32,000 nucleotides of DNA from Desulfotalea psychrophila LSv54 (GCF_000025945.1 NC_006138.1:300001-332000); one strand, 5' to 3'; positions 7,857 to 17,775 are shown, counted from the stretch's first letter. The notes: a model not told the origin generated them from the letters alone. A program made the numbers and translations.

Positions 7857-10800
7857 ATGACGACAACAAACATTTTTGCCCAAATTGACAAAAAAAAAGC
7901 AATTACCCTCTCGGGGCTCAGGGGGAGCAGCACAGCCCTCCTGGCAGCTCAGCTGGCAAAAAATTCAAGTTGTTGCTGTATTGTCCCGGATGACCATCTC
8001 ATCCCCATCGTCGTGCAAAACCTGCAGCTCTTCTCTGAAAAAACCATCCTCAGCTACCCAAGTCACGAAATACCACCCTACACGGCTCTCTCCCCCGACC
8101 AGAAGGTGACAGCAACACGACTGGCAAGTCTCTATCAGGCGGCAAACAGTGAACACCCCACCATCATTGTCACCTCCATCGAAGCCCTGCTTCGCCGGGT
8201 CATCCCCAAAGAGCTCCTCTCAGCCCGGGTCGAACTCATCATGGCTGGCGAAGATTGTGACCGGGACGGCTTAATCACCAGCCTTCTTCTCCTCGGTTAC
8301 GACAAGGTCTCCTTGACAAAAAACGTAGGTGACTTCGCTGTTCGCGGTGGAATCATTGACATATACCCACCAGCCTTTGCCCTGGAGAATGGACAGCTCC
8401 ATGAGGGCCCTCTCCGTCTTGATTTTTTTGGTGATACGGTGGAGTCACTTCGCACCTTCGACCCGGTCAGCCAACGCTCCACGGGCAAACTCGAAGAGGC
8501 CATCCTCCTCCCCACCAGAGATTTCATCATTGACACCTCTGCCAAAAAGTCTCTACAGGAGATCGGTACGGCCCTACAAACACGGGCAGATAAGTACAGT
8601 TGGAACGAAGAGCTGACCCAGACCATGCTGGAAAAGATCAACACCGGCCAGGGTATTGCCGGAATTGAGTCCTTTCTTCCCCTCTTTTTCCCGGGTAAAA
8701 ACCTCTCCTCGCTTTTCGACTTCCTGACAGAAGACACCACCATGGTACTCATGGATAGCTTTGCCATCCAGCAGAGCATGAGAATGAGCTACCAACGAAT
8801 AGAACAAAACTACCTCGAAGTACAGGGCGCTGGCACCCCTGCCCTGCCACCCAAAGAAATATTCCTCTCACCGGAGGAGATAAAAGAAAAGCTCTCCTCC
8901 TTTAGACAGGTGCGGCTCTCTGATATCGTCAGTGAACAGGACAATGCCACGAGCTACAATACCCAGAGCCACGGCCTCCTTAAGCAGGAGATCGCCCGCA
9001 GGAGGGCCAAAGAAGGTATACTTGTACCGCTCATCGAAAGGATCAGGCAATGGCAGGAGGAGGGACATCGCATTGTCATCTGCTGTCGCTCGGAAAAGCA
9101 TACAAAAAATCTGGCAGAGATGCTGGAGAGGCACCACTTTAATATTTCCGTGGTACCAAGCCCCCTCTCTCTGCCAGATCTGCAGAAGCGGGCCGAACAG
9201 AGAGAGATCCTCCTCTGTGACCACCCGCTCTCCGAGGGATTTTCCCTACCCGAACAAGGCTGGGATATTATTTCCGAGAGCGAACTCTTTGGCCAGATGC
9301 GCCTTGGCTCCAAGAAGTCCAAAAGCAAAAAGTGGGCAGAACCCATTGAGTTTACAGAGCTCAATGAGGGTGACATTGTAGTTCATAGAGATCATGGTCT
9401 CGGCATATATCGAGGTCTTAATGCCATCCGAATCCAAGAGATTACCAATGATTTTATGAGCATTGAGTACCGAGACGATGACAAGCTCTATGTTCCCGTC
9501 GACCGTCTCAATCTGGTCAGTCGCTATCAGGGCATCTCCGACAGGGAGCCCCGCATCGACAAGCTCGGTAGCCAAAACTGGCGAAACACCACCAAAAAGG
9601 TCAAGGAAGAGGTATGGAAGGTCGCTCATGAGCTGCTTGAAATATACGCAAAAAGAGAACTTAAAGCAGGACGGGCATTTGCCCCTCCGGGCCAACTCTA
9701 TCAGGAACTCGAAGAGTCTTTCCCCTTTGATGAGACTGCCGGTCAGCTAGCGGCCATCAACAGTGTGCTAGATGACCTTACCGATGCAAACCCAATGGAT
9801 CGCCTTGTCTGTGGTGATGTGGGTTATGGTAAAACCGAAGTTGCCATCCGTGGAGCCTTCAAGGTCGTGGAAGATGGCGCCCAGGCGGCCATACTGGTAC
9901 CCACCACCGTCCTTGCCGAACAGCATCTCAAAACCTTTCGTGAACGACTACAGAATTTCCCTCTGCGTATCGAGTGTCTGAATCGATTCCGCACGGCCAA
10001 GGAACAACGGGAGATTGTCAAGGATCTGGCTGCGGGAAAAATTGATATTGTCATAGGCACCCACCGGCTCCTCTCAAAGGACGTCCAATTTAAAGATCTC
10101 GGCCTTCTCATTATTGATGAGGAGCATCGCTTCGGGGTGGCCCATAAGGAGAGACTGCGTAAGATGCGGGCCGAGGTAGACATCCTCACCCTGACGGCAA
10201 CCCCCATTCCCCGGACCCTGCAGATGTCTCTACTCTCCATCCGTGATCTCTCCGTTATATCCAGTCCTCCGGAACAGCGCCGGCCGGTCAAGACCTTTGT
10301 CGCCGAGGACGATGATCTGGTCATCAAGGAGGCTATTAGCCGGGAGCTGCGGCGTAAGGGCCAGACATTCTTTGTCCATAACCGGGTAAAATCTATCTAC
10401 CAGATAGCAAATAAAATTGAAAAGTTAGTCCCAGATGCCCGCATTGCCGTGGCCCATGGCCAGATGGACACCAAGGAACTGGAAAATATCATGGTCTCCT
10501 TTGTCAATAAGGAGGTCGATGTCCTGGTGGCCACCACCATCATCGAGTCTGGTCTTGATATTCCTTCGGCCAATACCATGATCATCAACCGGGCCGATAA
10601 CCTCGGTCTGGCAGAGATGTATCAGCTCCGGGGCCGAGTCGGCAGGTCCTCCACCCAATCCTTTGCCTACCTCCTCGTCCCCTCCCTCGATTCAATCAGC
10701 AAAGATTCACGGGAGAGACTGCGGGCCCTGATGGAGTGCAATGAGCTCGGTGGCGGTTTCAAACTGGCCATGAACGACCTGCAAATCCGTGGTGGCGGCA

Positions 10801-11411
10801 ACCTCTTGGGAATCTCCCAAAGTGGTAATATTGCAGCCATTGGTTACGACCTTTATCTGGATCTACTACAGAAGACCGTGGCCGACCTCAAGGCCCAAAA
10901 ACTCTCACAGGAAGAGCAGGGCATCTACGATGACCTCGACCCGGAGATAAATCTCCAACACTCAGCCTTTATCCCCAGTAACTATATCACCGATATAGAC
11001 CAACGCTATATCGTCTACAGGCGCATTGCCGCCATGTCACGAGGGATGGCTGACTTTGCCGACATCCGGGACGAACTCAGCGATCGCTACGGAAGGATCC
11101 CCGCTGAAACCGAGACCCTGCTGAAGATGATCGAGGTAAAGAGAGAACTCATTGAACTCCGGGTAACAAAACTTGAACGGGGCAGGGGCAATATTGTCCT
11201 CACCTTCCAAGATGACACCCCGGTACAACCGGTAAAACTGATAGCATTTATCGCAGAATCCAAGGCCACTAAGAAACAGGCTGCACCCAAGTTGACTCAA
11301 GACGGTCGACTCATTGTCTTTATGCACAGTGAAGAGAAGGACGTCTTTAAAACCATCGGCGCAACCCTTATCAAATTACATTCCATGATAGGAAAAAAGG
11401 CAGAGAGATGA
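7857..11411 (+). CDS. mfd: Transcription-repair coupling factor Mfd
   Basis: 1184 aa with a UvrB-homology N-terminus and an RNAP-interaction/CarD-like region (VVHRDHGLGIY.G). Superfamily-2 helicase motifs are present (GDVGYGKTEVA, DEEHRFG, TATPIPRT, QLRGRVGRS), plus a C-terminal TRCF domain. Confidence 0.95.
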   Translation: MTTTNIFAQIDKKKAITLSGLRGSSTALLAAQLAKNSSCCCIVPDDHLIPIVVQNLQLFSEKTILSYPSHEIPPYTALSPDQKVTATRLASLYQAANSEHPTIIVTSIEALLRRVIPKELLSARVELIMAGEDCDRDGLITSLLLLGYDKVSLTKNVGDFAVRGGIIDIYPPAFALENGQLHEGPLRLDFFGDTVESLRTFDPVSQRSTGKLEEAILLPTRDFIIDTSAKKSLQEIGTALQTRADKYSWNEELTQTMLEKINTGQGIAGIESFLPLFFPGKNLSSLFDFLTEDTTMVLMDSFAIQQSMRMSYQRIEQNYLEVQGAGTPALPPKEIFLSPEEIKEKLSSFRQVRLSDIVSEQDNATSYNTQSHGLLKQEIARRRAKEGILVPLIERIRQWQEEGHRIVICCRSEKHTKNLAEMLERHHFNISVVPSPLSLPDLQKRAEQREILLCDHPLSEGFSLPEQGWDIISESELFGQMRLGSKKSKSKKWAEPIEFTELNEGDIVVHRDHGLGIYRGLNAIRIQEITNDFMSIEYRDDDKLYVPVDRLNLVSRYQGISDREPRIDKLGSQNWRNTTKKVKEEVWKVAHELLEIYAKRELKAGRAFAPPGQLYQELEESFPFDETAGQLAAINSVLDDLTDANPMDRLVCGDVGYGKTEVAIRGAFKVVEDGAQAAILVPTTVLAEQHLKTFRERLQNFPLRIECLNRFRTAKEQREIVKDLAAGKIDIVIGTHRLLSKDVQFKDLGLLIIDEEHRFGVAHKERLRKMRAEVDILTLTATPIPRTLQMSLLSIRDLSVISSPPEQRRPVKTFVAEDDDLVIKEAISRELRRKGQTFFVHNRVKSIYQIANKIEKLVPDARIAVAHGQMDTKELENIMVSFVNKEVDVLVATTIIESGLDIPSANTMIINRADNLGLAEMYQLRGRVGRSSTQSFAYLLVPSLDSISKDSRERLRALMECNELGGGFKLAMNDLQIRGGGNLLGISQSGNIAAIGYDLYLDLLQKTVADLKAQKLSQEEQGIYDDLDPEINLQHSAFIPSNYITDIDQRYIVYRRIAAMSRGMADFADIRDELSDRYGRIPAETETLLKMIEVKRELIELRVTKLERGRGNIVLTFQDDTPVQPVKLIAFIAESKATKKQAAPKLTQDGRLIVFMHSEEKDVFKTIGATLIKLHSMIGKKAER

Positions 11412-12085
11412 ACAGACAGATTCACCCCAATTTTTCCTGGGAGGATATAGAGACCGTCCTCCTCGATATGGACGGCACCCTTCTGGACAAGTATTTCGAC
11501 GATGCTTTCTGGTGCAACCACGTACCAAAGAGGTACGGAGAGAAAAACGGTATCAGTTACGAACAGGCCCATGAGCATCTGTTCAAATACTATCGAGCGG
11601 CAACGGGAAGTCTTGCCTGGACTGATATGGATCACTGGGCCCGCACCTTCGGCCTTGATATCTTTGCCCTTAAGCATGAGCTCTCTCACCTTATCGGCGA
11701 ACTGCCGGATGCCCTTGATTTTCTTCAGGCCCTACGAACAATGGGAAAAAAGATTATCCTGGTCACCAACTGTCACCCCAAGGCCCTCGCCCTCAAATTC
11801 TCCCTTACCGCAATAGAAGACTATTTTGATGAGATGACCTGCGCCATCGAACTGCAATCCTCTAAGGAAGAGGATATTTTTTGGCTACGACTGGCGGAGA
11901 AACACTCCTTCAAAAAAGCCAGCACCCTCTTTATCGATGACAACCACAGAGTACTTCAGGTCGCTGAAAACTTTGGACTGCATCACCTGGTGGCCATTGC
12001 CAAGCCAAGTTCTCAGGAAGATTGCTGTTATTCTAAAACATTTCCATCTGTTGCCAGCCTGGCAGAGCTTATAGCAAAAGAGTAA
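11408..12085 (+). CDS. yrfG: HAD-superfamily hydrolase, YrfG-like GMP/IMP nucleotidase
   Basis: 225 aa with HAD motif I (LLDMDGTLLD). It is collinear with E. coli YrfG as I recall it (W.D..TVLLDMDGTLLD..FD..FW, LVTN.HP, LFIDD). Its start overlaps the mfd stop (ATGA). Confidence 0.75.
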   Translation: MNRQIHPNFSWEDIETVLLDMDGTLLDKYFDDAFWCNHVPKRYGEKNGISYEQAHEHLFKYYRAATGSLAWTDMDHWARTFGLDIFALKHELSHLIGELPDALDFLQALRTMGKKIILVTNCHPKALALKFSLTAIEDYFDEMTCAIELQSSKEEDIFWLRLAEKHSFKKASTLFIDDNHRVLQVAENFGLHHLVAIAKPSSQEDCCYSKTFPSVASLAELIAKE

Positions 12086-12095
12086 AAAAGGCCGC

Positions 12096-12123
12096 TTGCG
12101 CATTTCTAATTTTCCCGTATATT
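12096..12123 (+). promoter_or_regulatory. Candidate sigma70-type promoter for the sucC operon
   Basis: TTGCGC (12096-12101), 16-nt spacer, TATATT (12118-12123), ~65 nt upstream of the sucC ATG. This is a sequence match only. Confidence 0.3.
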
Positions 12124-12186
12124 AAAAGAGATAGGCCATGTATTAACTGTCTAAGATGAAAATTCTACTCAGAGGATGCCTAGTCA

Positions 12187-13347
12187 ATGAAAATCCATGA
12201 ATACCAAGCCAAGCAGCTGTTCCGTAAATACTCTATCCCCGTACCCGAAGGACTCCTCTGTACGAACCTGCAAGAGGTCAAGACGGCCCTTAAGTCCCTT
12301 CAACTCCCCATCGCAGTTAAGGCCCAGATACATGCCGGAGGACGGGGTAAGGGAGGAGGGGTCAAACTTGGCAAAACAGCCACAGAGGTAGTGCAGTACG
12401 CCGATGATATCTTGGGAATGTCTCTGGTTACGGCCCAGACGGGGCCCTCGGGCAGGACTGTTTCCAAAATACTCCTTGAAGAAGGCGTCTCCATCGCCCG
12501 CGAACTCTATCTCTCCATCCTTGTCGACCGGGAAAGGGCGTGCATCACCATCATTGCCTGCCAGGACGGTGGAATGAATATCGAAGAGGTTGCCGCCTCA
12601 ACCCCCGAACGAATTGGCAAAATCCATATCAACCCATTAATTGGTCCCCGTTCCTACCATATCAATCAGGCAAGAGAATGGCTGAATATTGCCCAGGAAC
12701 AGGCCAGAGCTTTTTCCCTCTTTATCCACGCCCTCTATAAACTCTTTCTTGATTACGACTGTTCTATGGTGGAGATCAACCCCCTTATTATCACCGAGGA
12801 TAATCAGCTCATCGCCCTCGATGCCAAGGTCGACACCGACTCCAACGCCCTCTTTCGCCAGCGGGAACTGCAGAAAATGCACGATCCCGCCGAAGATGAT
12901 CCAGCAGAGGCAGAGGCCGCCAAGTTCAATCTGAACTATATCAAGCTGAGCGGCAATGTGGGCAATATGGTCAACGGTGCCGGTCTGGCCATGGCCACCA
13001 TGGATATTATTAAACGGGCGGGAGCGGAACCAGCAAATTTTCTGGATGTGGGAGGGAGCGCCGACGCGGAAAGGATTGAAAACGGTTTTCGCATCATCCT
13101 GGCCGACACCAATGTAAAGGCCATTCTTATCAATATTTTTGGCGGAATCCTTCGCTGTGACATCCTCGCCCAGGGCGTGGTGCAGGCCGCCGCCAAGGTA
13201 TCACTCCAGGTACCTGTCGTTATCCGCATGGAAGGTACCAATGTGAAAGAGGGACGTGAAATTCTGGCCAAGTCAGGACTCTCCCTGATAAATGCCACAG
13301 ACCTGAACGATGCCGCCGAAAAAATTTCTACCCTACTTACAGATTAA
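12187..13347 (+). CDS. sucC: Succinyl-CoA synthetase (ADP-forming) beta subunit
   Basis: 386 aa with the canonical N-terminus MKIHEYQAKQLF, an ATP-grasp region (KAQ.HAGGRGK.GGV) and a C-terminal CoA-ligase domain (NGAGLAMATMD, INIFGGI.RCD). Confidence 0.95.
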   Translation: MKIHEYQAKQLFRKYSIPVPEGLLCTNLQEVKTALKSLQLPIAVKAQIHAGGRGKGGGVKLGKTATEVVQYADDILGMSLVTAQTGPSGRTVSKILLEEGVSIARELYLSILVDRERACITIIACQDGGMNIEEVAASTPERIGKIHINPLIGPRSYHINQAREWLNIAQEQARAFSLFIHALYKLFLDYDCSMVEINPLIITEDNQLIALDAKVDTDSNALFRQRELQKMHDPAEDDPAEAEAAKFNLNYIKLSGNVGNMVNGAGLAMATMDIIKRAGAEPANFLDVGGSADAERIENGFRIILADTNVKAILINIFGGILRCDILAQGVVQAAAKVSLQVPVVIRMEGTNVKEGREILAKSGLSLINATDLNDAAEKISTLLTD

Positions 13348-13361
13348 CAGGAAGTCACACT

Positions 13362-14456
13362 ATGCTTTGTCGTCTCATTTTCACAGCCCTTCTTATCCTC
13401 CTCTGCCATCAACCTCTACTGGCCGCAGAAACCCACCAGGACAGCAGCCAGACCGGCCAAGCTGAACCAAGAAAGAGAGTTATTATCAGCACAGCCACCG
13501 AGAATAATCTGCTTGGATCAATCTCCGAGGCAAGCATTGCCCTGATGGCAATGCAGGAGAGTGATTATATCAGACTTCCACTGACTCTGAGTGCCGACAA
13601 TCAACTGATTGTGGCAAATAATATTAGCCTGTCAGAAACCAATGCCAAAGCCCTCTTTCCACAAAAGACGCAGGACGGCAACTTCTATATCAACGACTTC
13701 ACCGTCCAGGAACTTCGCCAACTCTCCTTCTCAGGAGAGAACAGAGGCGTGGTGCTTGGCACAACCCTGGAAAGAGCCCTCACCATTGTCGAGGCTGTGT
13801 CCCAAAAACAGAAGAGGCAGATGGGTATCTCCCTTGAACCGCGCAAACCCTGGTTTTACAGAAGCAAGGGCAAGGATATCTGCGCCTCCCTTATCGAAAG
13901 CCTCAGCCAGTACGATTTAGCGGGGAGCAGAATCATGATCCAATCCTATGATCCCGATGAGTTGGAACGGATCAAAAAGGAACTTCTACCCCGCTATCAA
14001 CTGAATGTGCCCCTCATCCTCCTCATGGGCGTCAATGGTGGTGAGGAAGCCAAGGAGTATGACTTTGGGGCGTGGAAAGCATACAACTATGACTGGCTCT
14101 TCACCAGTACTGGCCTGCGCTTCATCGCCTCCTTTGCCGAAGGAATCGCCTTTGATCAGGGCCAACTCTTAAACGGCAAAAGGCAACTGCTCAACTATTG
14201 TAAACGGGGCAGCACCTATGGCCTTCACCTCTTTGCCATGGAAGGCGGCGATGAGCTCAAGGAATACCTCGAAAGCGAACAGAACCAAAAATTATTTGAC
14301 GGTATCTATACCAATAGACCTGACCAGTACAAATCCCCCAGACAATCAGAAGAGGAACAGATTTCTCCTGCCACCTCTGGAGATCAAACCAGCCCTACAA
14401 TCGTTTCTTCACAGCTCTATATCCCATCAACCCCAGCATCGGAAGAAAAGCTATGA
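13362..14456 (+). CDS. Secreted GlpQ-like (glycerophosphodiester phosphodiesterase fold) protein with degenerate active site
   Basis: 364 aa with a signal peptide ([23 protein letters not shown]). It aligns ungapped to periplasmic GlpQ, as recalled, over the scaffold blocks ([35 protein letters not shown]). The HRG, PEH, E.D and HD catalytic/metal motifs read STA, GSI, R.P and NN. It starts 14 nt after the sucC stop and its stop overlaps the sucD ATG. Confidence 0.75.
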   Translation: MLCRLIFTALLILLCHQPLLAAETHQDSSQTGQAEPRKRVIISTATENNLLGSISEASIALMAMQESDYIRLPLTLSADNQLIVANNISLSETNAKALFPQKTQDGNFYINDFTVQELRQLSFSGENRGVVLGTTLERALTIVEAVSQKQKRQMGISLEPRKPWFYRSKGKDICASLIESLSQYDLAGSRIMIQSYDPDELERIKKELLPRYQLNVPLILLMGVNGGEEAKEYDFGAWKAYNYDWLFTSTGLRFIASFAEGIAFDQGQLLNGKRQLLNYCKRGSTYGLHLFAMEGGDELKEYLESEQNQKLFDGIYTNRPDQYKSPRQSEEEQISPATSGDQTSPTIVSSQLYIPSTPASEEKL

Positions 14457-15337
14457 GTATATTCGTAAACAGCAAGACCCGCCTCCTGGTACAGGGAATC
14501 ACCGGCCAGGAAGGCCAGTTTCATACCCGCCAGTGTATCAATTACGGTACCCAGGTCGTTGCAGGTGTCACTCCCGGCAAGGGAGGGCAGATGATGGATT
14601 CTATCCCCATCTACAACACGGTAAGAGAGGCACGGCAGATCTCAGCGGCCAATGCATCCATGATCATGGTGCCACCACCATTTGCCGCAGACGCCATCCT
14701 TGAGGCAGCAGATGCGGGCATAGAGCTCATCATCTGTATCACCGAGGGTATTCCTATTATAGATATGCTCCGGGTAAAAAATTATCTGGCCACGACTACA
14801 AGTAGGCTCATTGGCCCCAACTGCCCCGGCATCATCACCCCGGGAGAGTGCAAGATAGGTATCATGCCGGCGAAAATCCATACCCCGGGCGGCCCGATGG
14901 GCGTAGTCTCCCGCTCCGGCACCCTTACCTACGAAGTTGTCCATCAACTCACAGGCGTCGGCCTCGGCCAGACAACCTGCGTGGGAATCGGCGGAGATCC
15001 TATTAACGGCACGGGCTTTATTGACTGCCTCAAGGCCTTTAATGCCGATGCAGAAACCGAGGCGGTGGTCATGGTGGGTGAAATTGGCGGCCAGGCAGAG
15101 GAAGAGGCCGCGGCCTGGGTCAAGGCCCATATGAAAAAACCAGTGATTGGATTTATTGCAGGCCTTACGGCCCCTCCCGGCCGGAGAATGGGCCACGCCG
15201 GAGCCATTGTCAGCGGAGGGCAGGGTGCTGCGGCTACCAAGATTATGGCAATGCGGGATGCCGGCATCCATATCTCAGAAAATCTTGGCACCCTGGGTAT
15301 GCTTGCCCGGCAGGTCCTCGACCCAGACAGCAAGTAA
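14453..15337 (+). CDS. sucD: Succinyl-CoA synthetase alpha subunit
   Basis: 294 aa with the N-terminus [20 protein letters not shown]. The CoA-binding region and the phosphohistidine loop ([11 protein letters not shown]) are present. Confidence 0.95.
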   Translation: MSIFVNSKTRLLVQGITGQEGQFHTRQCINYGTQVVAGVTPGKGGQMMDSIPIYNTVREARQISAANASMIMVPPPFAADAILEAADAGIELIICITEGIPIIDMLRVKNYLATTTSRLIGPNCPGIITPGECKIGIMPAKIHTPGGPMGVVSRSGTLTYEVVHQLTGVGLGQTTCVGIGGDPINGTGFIDCLKAFNADAETEAVVMVGEIGGQAEEEAAAWVKAHMKKPVIGFIAGLTAPPGRRMGHAGAIVSGGQGAAATKIMAMRDAGIHISENLGTLGMLARQVLDPDSK

Positions 15338-15473
15338 AGACTAGGCACGAGGCGAGCAATAAATACTGTTTGCCCCCTCTCCCCTAATGGATTACATTAT
15401 CAACAGAGACAGACTAACAATGAGATAGAATAAGGTCACCAGAAACAACACTCAGATCTGCGGTGCAAGAATT

Positions 15474-15782
15474 ATGCCTAACACATCGGACGATGAAGAA
15501 ACGAACCTAGGAACACCTCTCTCCGATGACCTCGGTCTCCTCATCCCCACTAGCATTGTTATGCTGATTATTATGGCAATGCATCCAATAGGCGTTTTCA
15601 CCACCATAGCCCTGGCCTTTATCCTCTTTGGTAGCTATTTTAGTCTAACTGTCCCCTTGGTCATCCTCAAGGTCATAAGCTTATATGCAGTCTTAACAGC
15701 AATAAACCCCTGCCTACTGGTCATCAGCACATTTTTCTTAGGCCTTTTATTAATTGTCCTGTTATTTTATCTTTTTTTCTAG
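15474..15782 (+). CDS. 102-codon ORF: diverged paralogue of the N-terminal ~80 residues of the downstream transporter (small membrane protein or old gene fragment)
   Basis: A hand alignment to residues ~14-95 of the 15816..17015 product is ungapped with about 40% identity (DLG.L.P..I.M......HP.G.F..I.L..IL.GSYF..TVP....KV...YA..T...P..LV.ST...G.LL). No obvious Shine-Dalgarno. The conserved QPMK motif is degraded to VILK. Confidence 0.4.
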   Translation: MPNTSDDEETNLGTPLSDDLGLLIPTSIVMLIIMAMHPIGVFTTIALAFILFGSYFSLTVPLVILKVISLYAVLTAINPCLLVISTFFLGLLLIVLLFYLFF

Positions 15783-15815
15783 CCTTAACCCATAGTCCCC
15801 ATTGAACGAGACATC

Positions 15816-17015
15816 ATGAGCCATCGTTTCGCCTATAATCGAATGGAACTTGCCGGATCCCTTGGCGACCTTGGCACCCTCCTCCCCATTACCATTGCCA
15901 TGATTCTGGTGGTGGGCCTTCATCCCACCGGCATCTTTATCAGCATTGGCCTCTTCTACATTCTCTCCGGCAGCTATTTCGGTATCACCGTCCCCGTCCA
16001 GCCGATGAAGGTCGTCGGTGCCTATGCCATAGCAACGGGAATGCAGCCCTCTCAACTTGTAGCCTCAACCCTGCTCATGGGAGTTTTACTGCTCATTATA
16101 GGGGCAACAGGGGCAATTGAGACGATTCGCAGACAAACTGACACCTCCGTTATTCGCGGTATCCAGCTCTCGACGGGCGTAATGCTGATGACGGGGGGAG
16201 TGAAGTTTATCATGGGCACCTCAAACCTGCAGATAATGCAAAATGCAGTGGAACCATCCCTGATCCTCCAGGCTATTGGCCCCATCCCCATCTCCATCAT
16301 CCTGGGAATTCTGGCCTCCCTTATAACATTCCTTCTCCTTGACAGTAGACGATTCCCTGCCGCCCTGATGGTCATCCTGGCAGGCTTTACCACAGGCATA
16401 ACCCTGGGAAGGGGCATTGACATAGGGGTAGGCAATCTTGGTTTCCACCTTCCCCAGATACTGCCCTTTGGCATTCCTGCCCTGCCAGATTTCACCTTTG
16501 CCCTCTTTATCCTAGTCCTGCCGCAACTGCCCATGACTCTGGGCAATGCTGTTCTTGCCTATACGGATCTCTCCCATAAATATTTCGGTGAAAAGGCCGC
16601 GCGAGTCAGCAACAGAAAGGTCTGCATCAGCATGGGACTTGCCAATGTACTCAGTTTTTTTGTAGGTGGAATGCCGCTCTGTCACGGAGCGGGAGGACTT
16701 GCTGCTCACTATCGTTTTGGGGCAAGAACGGCGGGATCCAATATATTTATCGGACTGTTCTTTCTTCTGGTGGCAATTATCTTTGGCGATAAGAGCGTCC
16801 AACTATTGAATCTCTTACCACTTTCAATACTTGGTGCCCTCCTGCTCTTTGCCGGGGTACAACTGGCGCTGACCATCATGGATCTGAAACGACGAGAGGA
16901 CTATTTTGTGGCTACCATAATGCTTGGCATAACCCTAGCCAGCAATCTTGCCGCAGGCTTTATCGCCGGCATCATTATCGCAAAATGTCTCAAATGGGAG
17001 AGGTTTTCTATCTAG
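15816..17015 (+). CDS. Putative sulfate/molybdate transporter (MOT1-type MFS-like anion transporter)
   Basis: 399 aa and polytopic, with an N-terminal ELAGSLGDLGTLLPI motif and a VPVQPMK motif. I recall both as characteristic of the MOT1 / putative sulfate-molybdate transporter family. Confidence 0.7.
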   Translation: MSHRFAYNRMELAGSLGDLGTLLPITIAMILVVGLHPTGIFISIGLFYILSGSYFGITVPVQPMKVVGAYAIATGMQPSQLVASTLLMGVLLLIIGATGAIETIRRQTDTSVIRGIQLSTGVMLMTGGVKFIMGTSNLQIMQNAVEPSLILQAIGPIPISIILGILASLITFLLLDSRRFPAALMVILAGFTTGITLGRGIDIGVGNLGFHLPQILPFGIPALPDFTFALFILVLPQLPMTLGNAVLAYTDLSHKYFGEKAARVSNRKVCISMGLANVLSFFVGGMPLCHGAGGLAAHYRFGARTAGSNIFIGLFFLLVAIIFGDKSVQLLNLLPLSILGALLLFAGVQLALTIMDLKRREDYFVATIMLGITLASNLAAGFIAGIIIAKCLKWERFSI

Positions 17016-17046
17016 CACCCCTCCCCCAAAACTCTTCAGAAGAGCA

Positions 17047-17406
17047 TCATAGAGCCATCTGAATCAATTCCCCTGGGAACTGTTCTACACAGGCGCAAGA
17101 CTTATCATCCGTCATATGGAGCAAGGCCTGACAGAGTTGATCCGCACAGGAGGTAGGCTTATTGCCACAGGTGATCCCCTGTAACTTAGCAATAACTTCA
17201 GTGACCGGCATACCTTCAAGCAAAATCCCAATAGCCTTTAAATTACCAGGACAACCACCAAAAAACCGTAGTCCTGTTAAACAACCATCTTTTACATCAA
17301 ACTCTATCTCTTTGGCACAAACGCCCTTTGGTTTAACTCTTTGCACAGCGACACACCTCTTTTTTTTAATTACAGGCTGCGAATAACGCTTCCCATTCCA
17401 TCCCAT
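17047..17406 (-). CDS. TSCPD-domain protein (TIGR03905-like small Cys-rich protein)
   Basis: Motifs GVCAKEIEF....G.L....F.GGCPGN and CG.KPTSCADQL. The ATG at 17406 gives a 20-aa extension. A GTG at 17346 preceded by AGAGG would give a more family-typical start (M)QRVKPKGVC. Confidence 0.7.
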   Translation of the reverse strand: MGWNGKRYSQPVIKKKRCVAVQRVKPKGVCAKEIEFDVKDGCLTGLRFFGGCPGNLKAIGILLEGMPVTEVIAKLQGITCGNKPTSCADQLCQALLHMTDDKSCACVEQFPGELIQMAL

Positions 17407-17410
17407 TCCA
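17391..17410. repeat. Exact 10-bp tandem duplication TCCCATTCCA x2
   Basis: Read directly at 17391-17400 and 17401-17410. It contains the annotated ATG of the TSCPD ORF. Confidence 0.9.
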
Positions 17411-17775
17411 GCAAGATCAGCACTGAGCTATCAACAGGCACAGGATTACAGGATAGGTCCATACTCTACCAAATCGGTCAGCCCTTTTAAGGACTGAAGA
17501 TAATCGGTTATAGTTCATCATCTTTACAAACTCAATCACTTCTCACAAACTCTCTCTTTTTTTGCCTCACTCCTCCCCTAACGCTGCGAGCAAATGCAAG
17601 CGCCAAGCCGCCACCACTGCCTTACTCCTACCACAGCGCCCGACGGCAAAGAGAACTAGCAAGACCATTTTTTCTTCCACCTATGCAAAATTTCATTTCT
17701 TTTCTGCCAACCTTGGAGTACTTGGTATTCAATATAGCTTATTGATTATTTAAGAAAAATTTAAGAGGTCTTGCC

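Noticed and set aside
17407-17775. Possible ncRNA or small gene (ORF 17562..17753) in the 369-bp TSCPD/DMT divergent spacer.
   Set aside because: I could find no stable hairpin, terminator or conserved-looking motif. The ORF has a biased Ala/Thr/Ser/Lys composition and no Shine-Dalgarno. It is probably just divergent promoter DNA.
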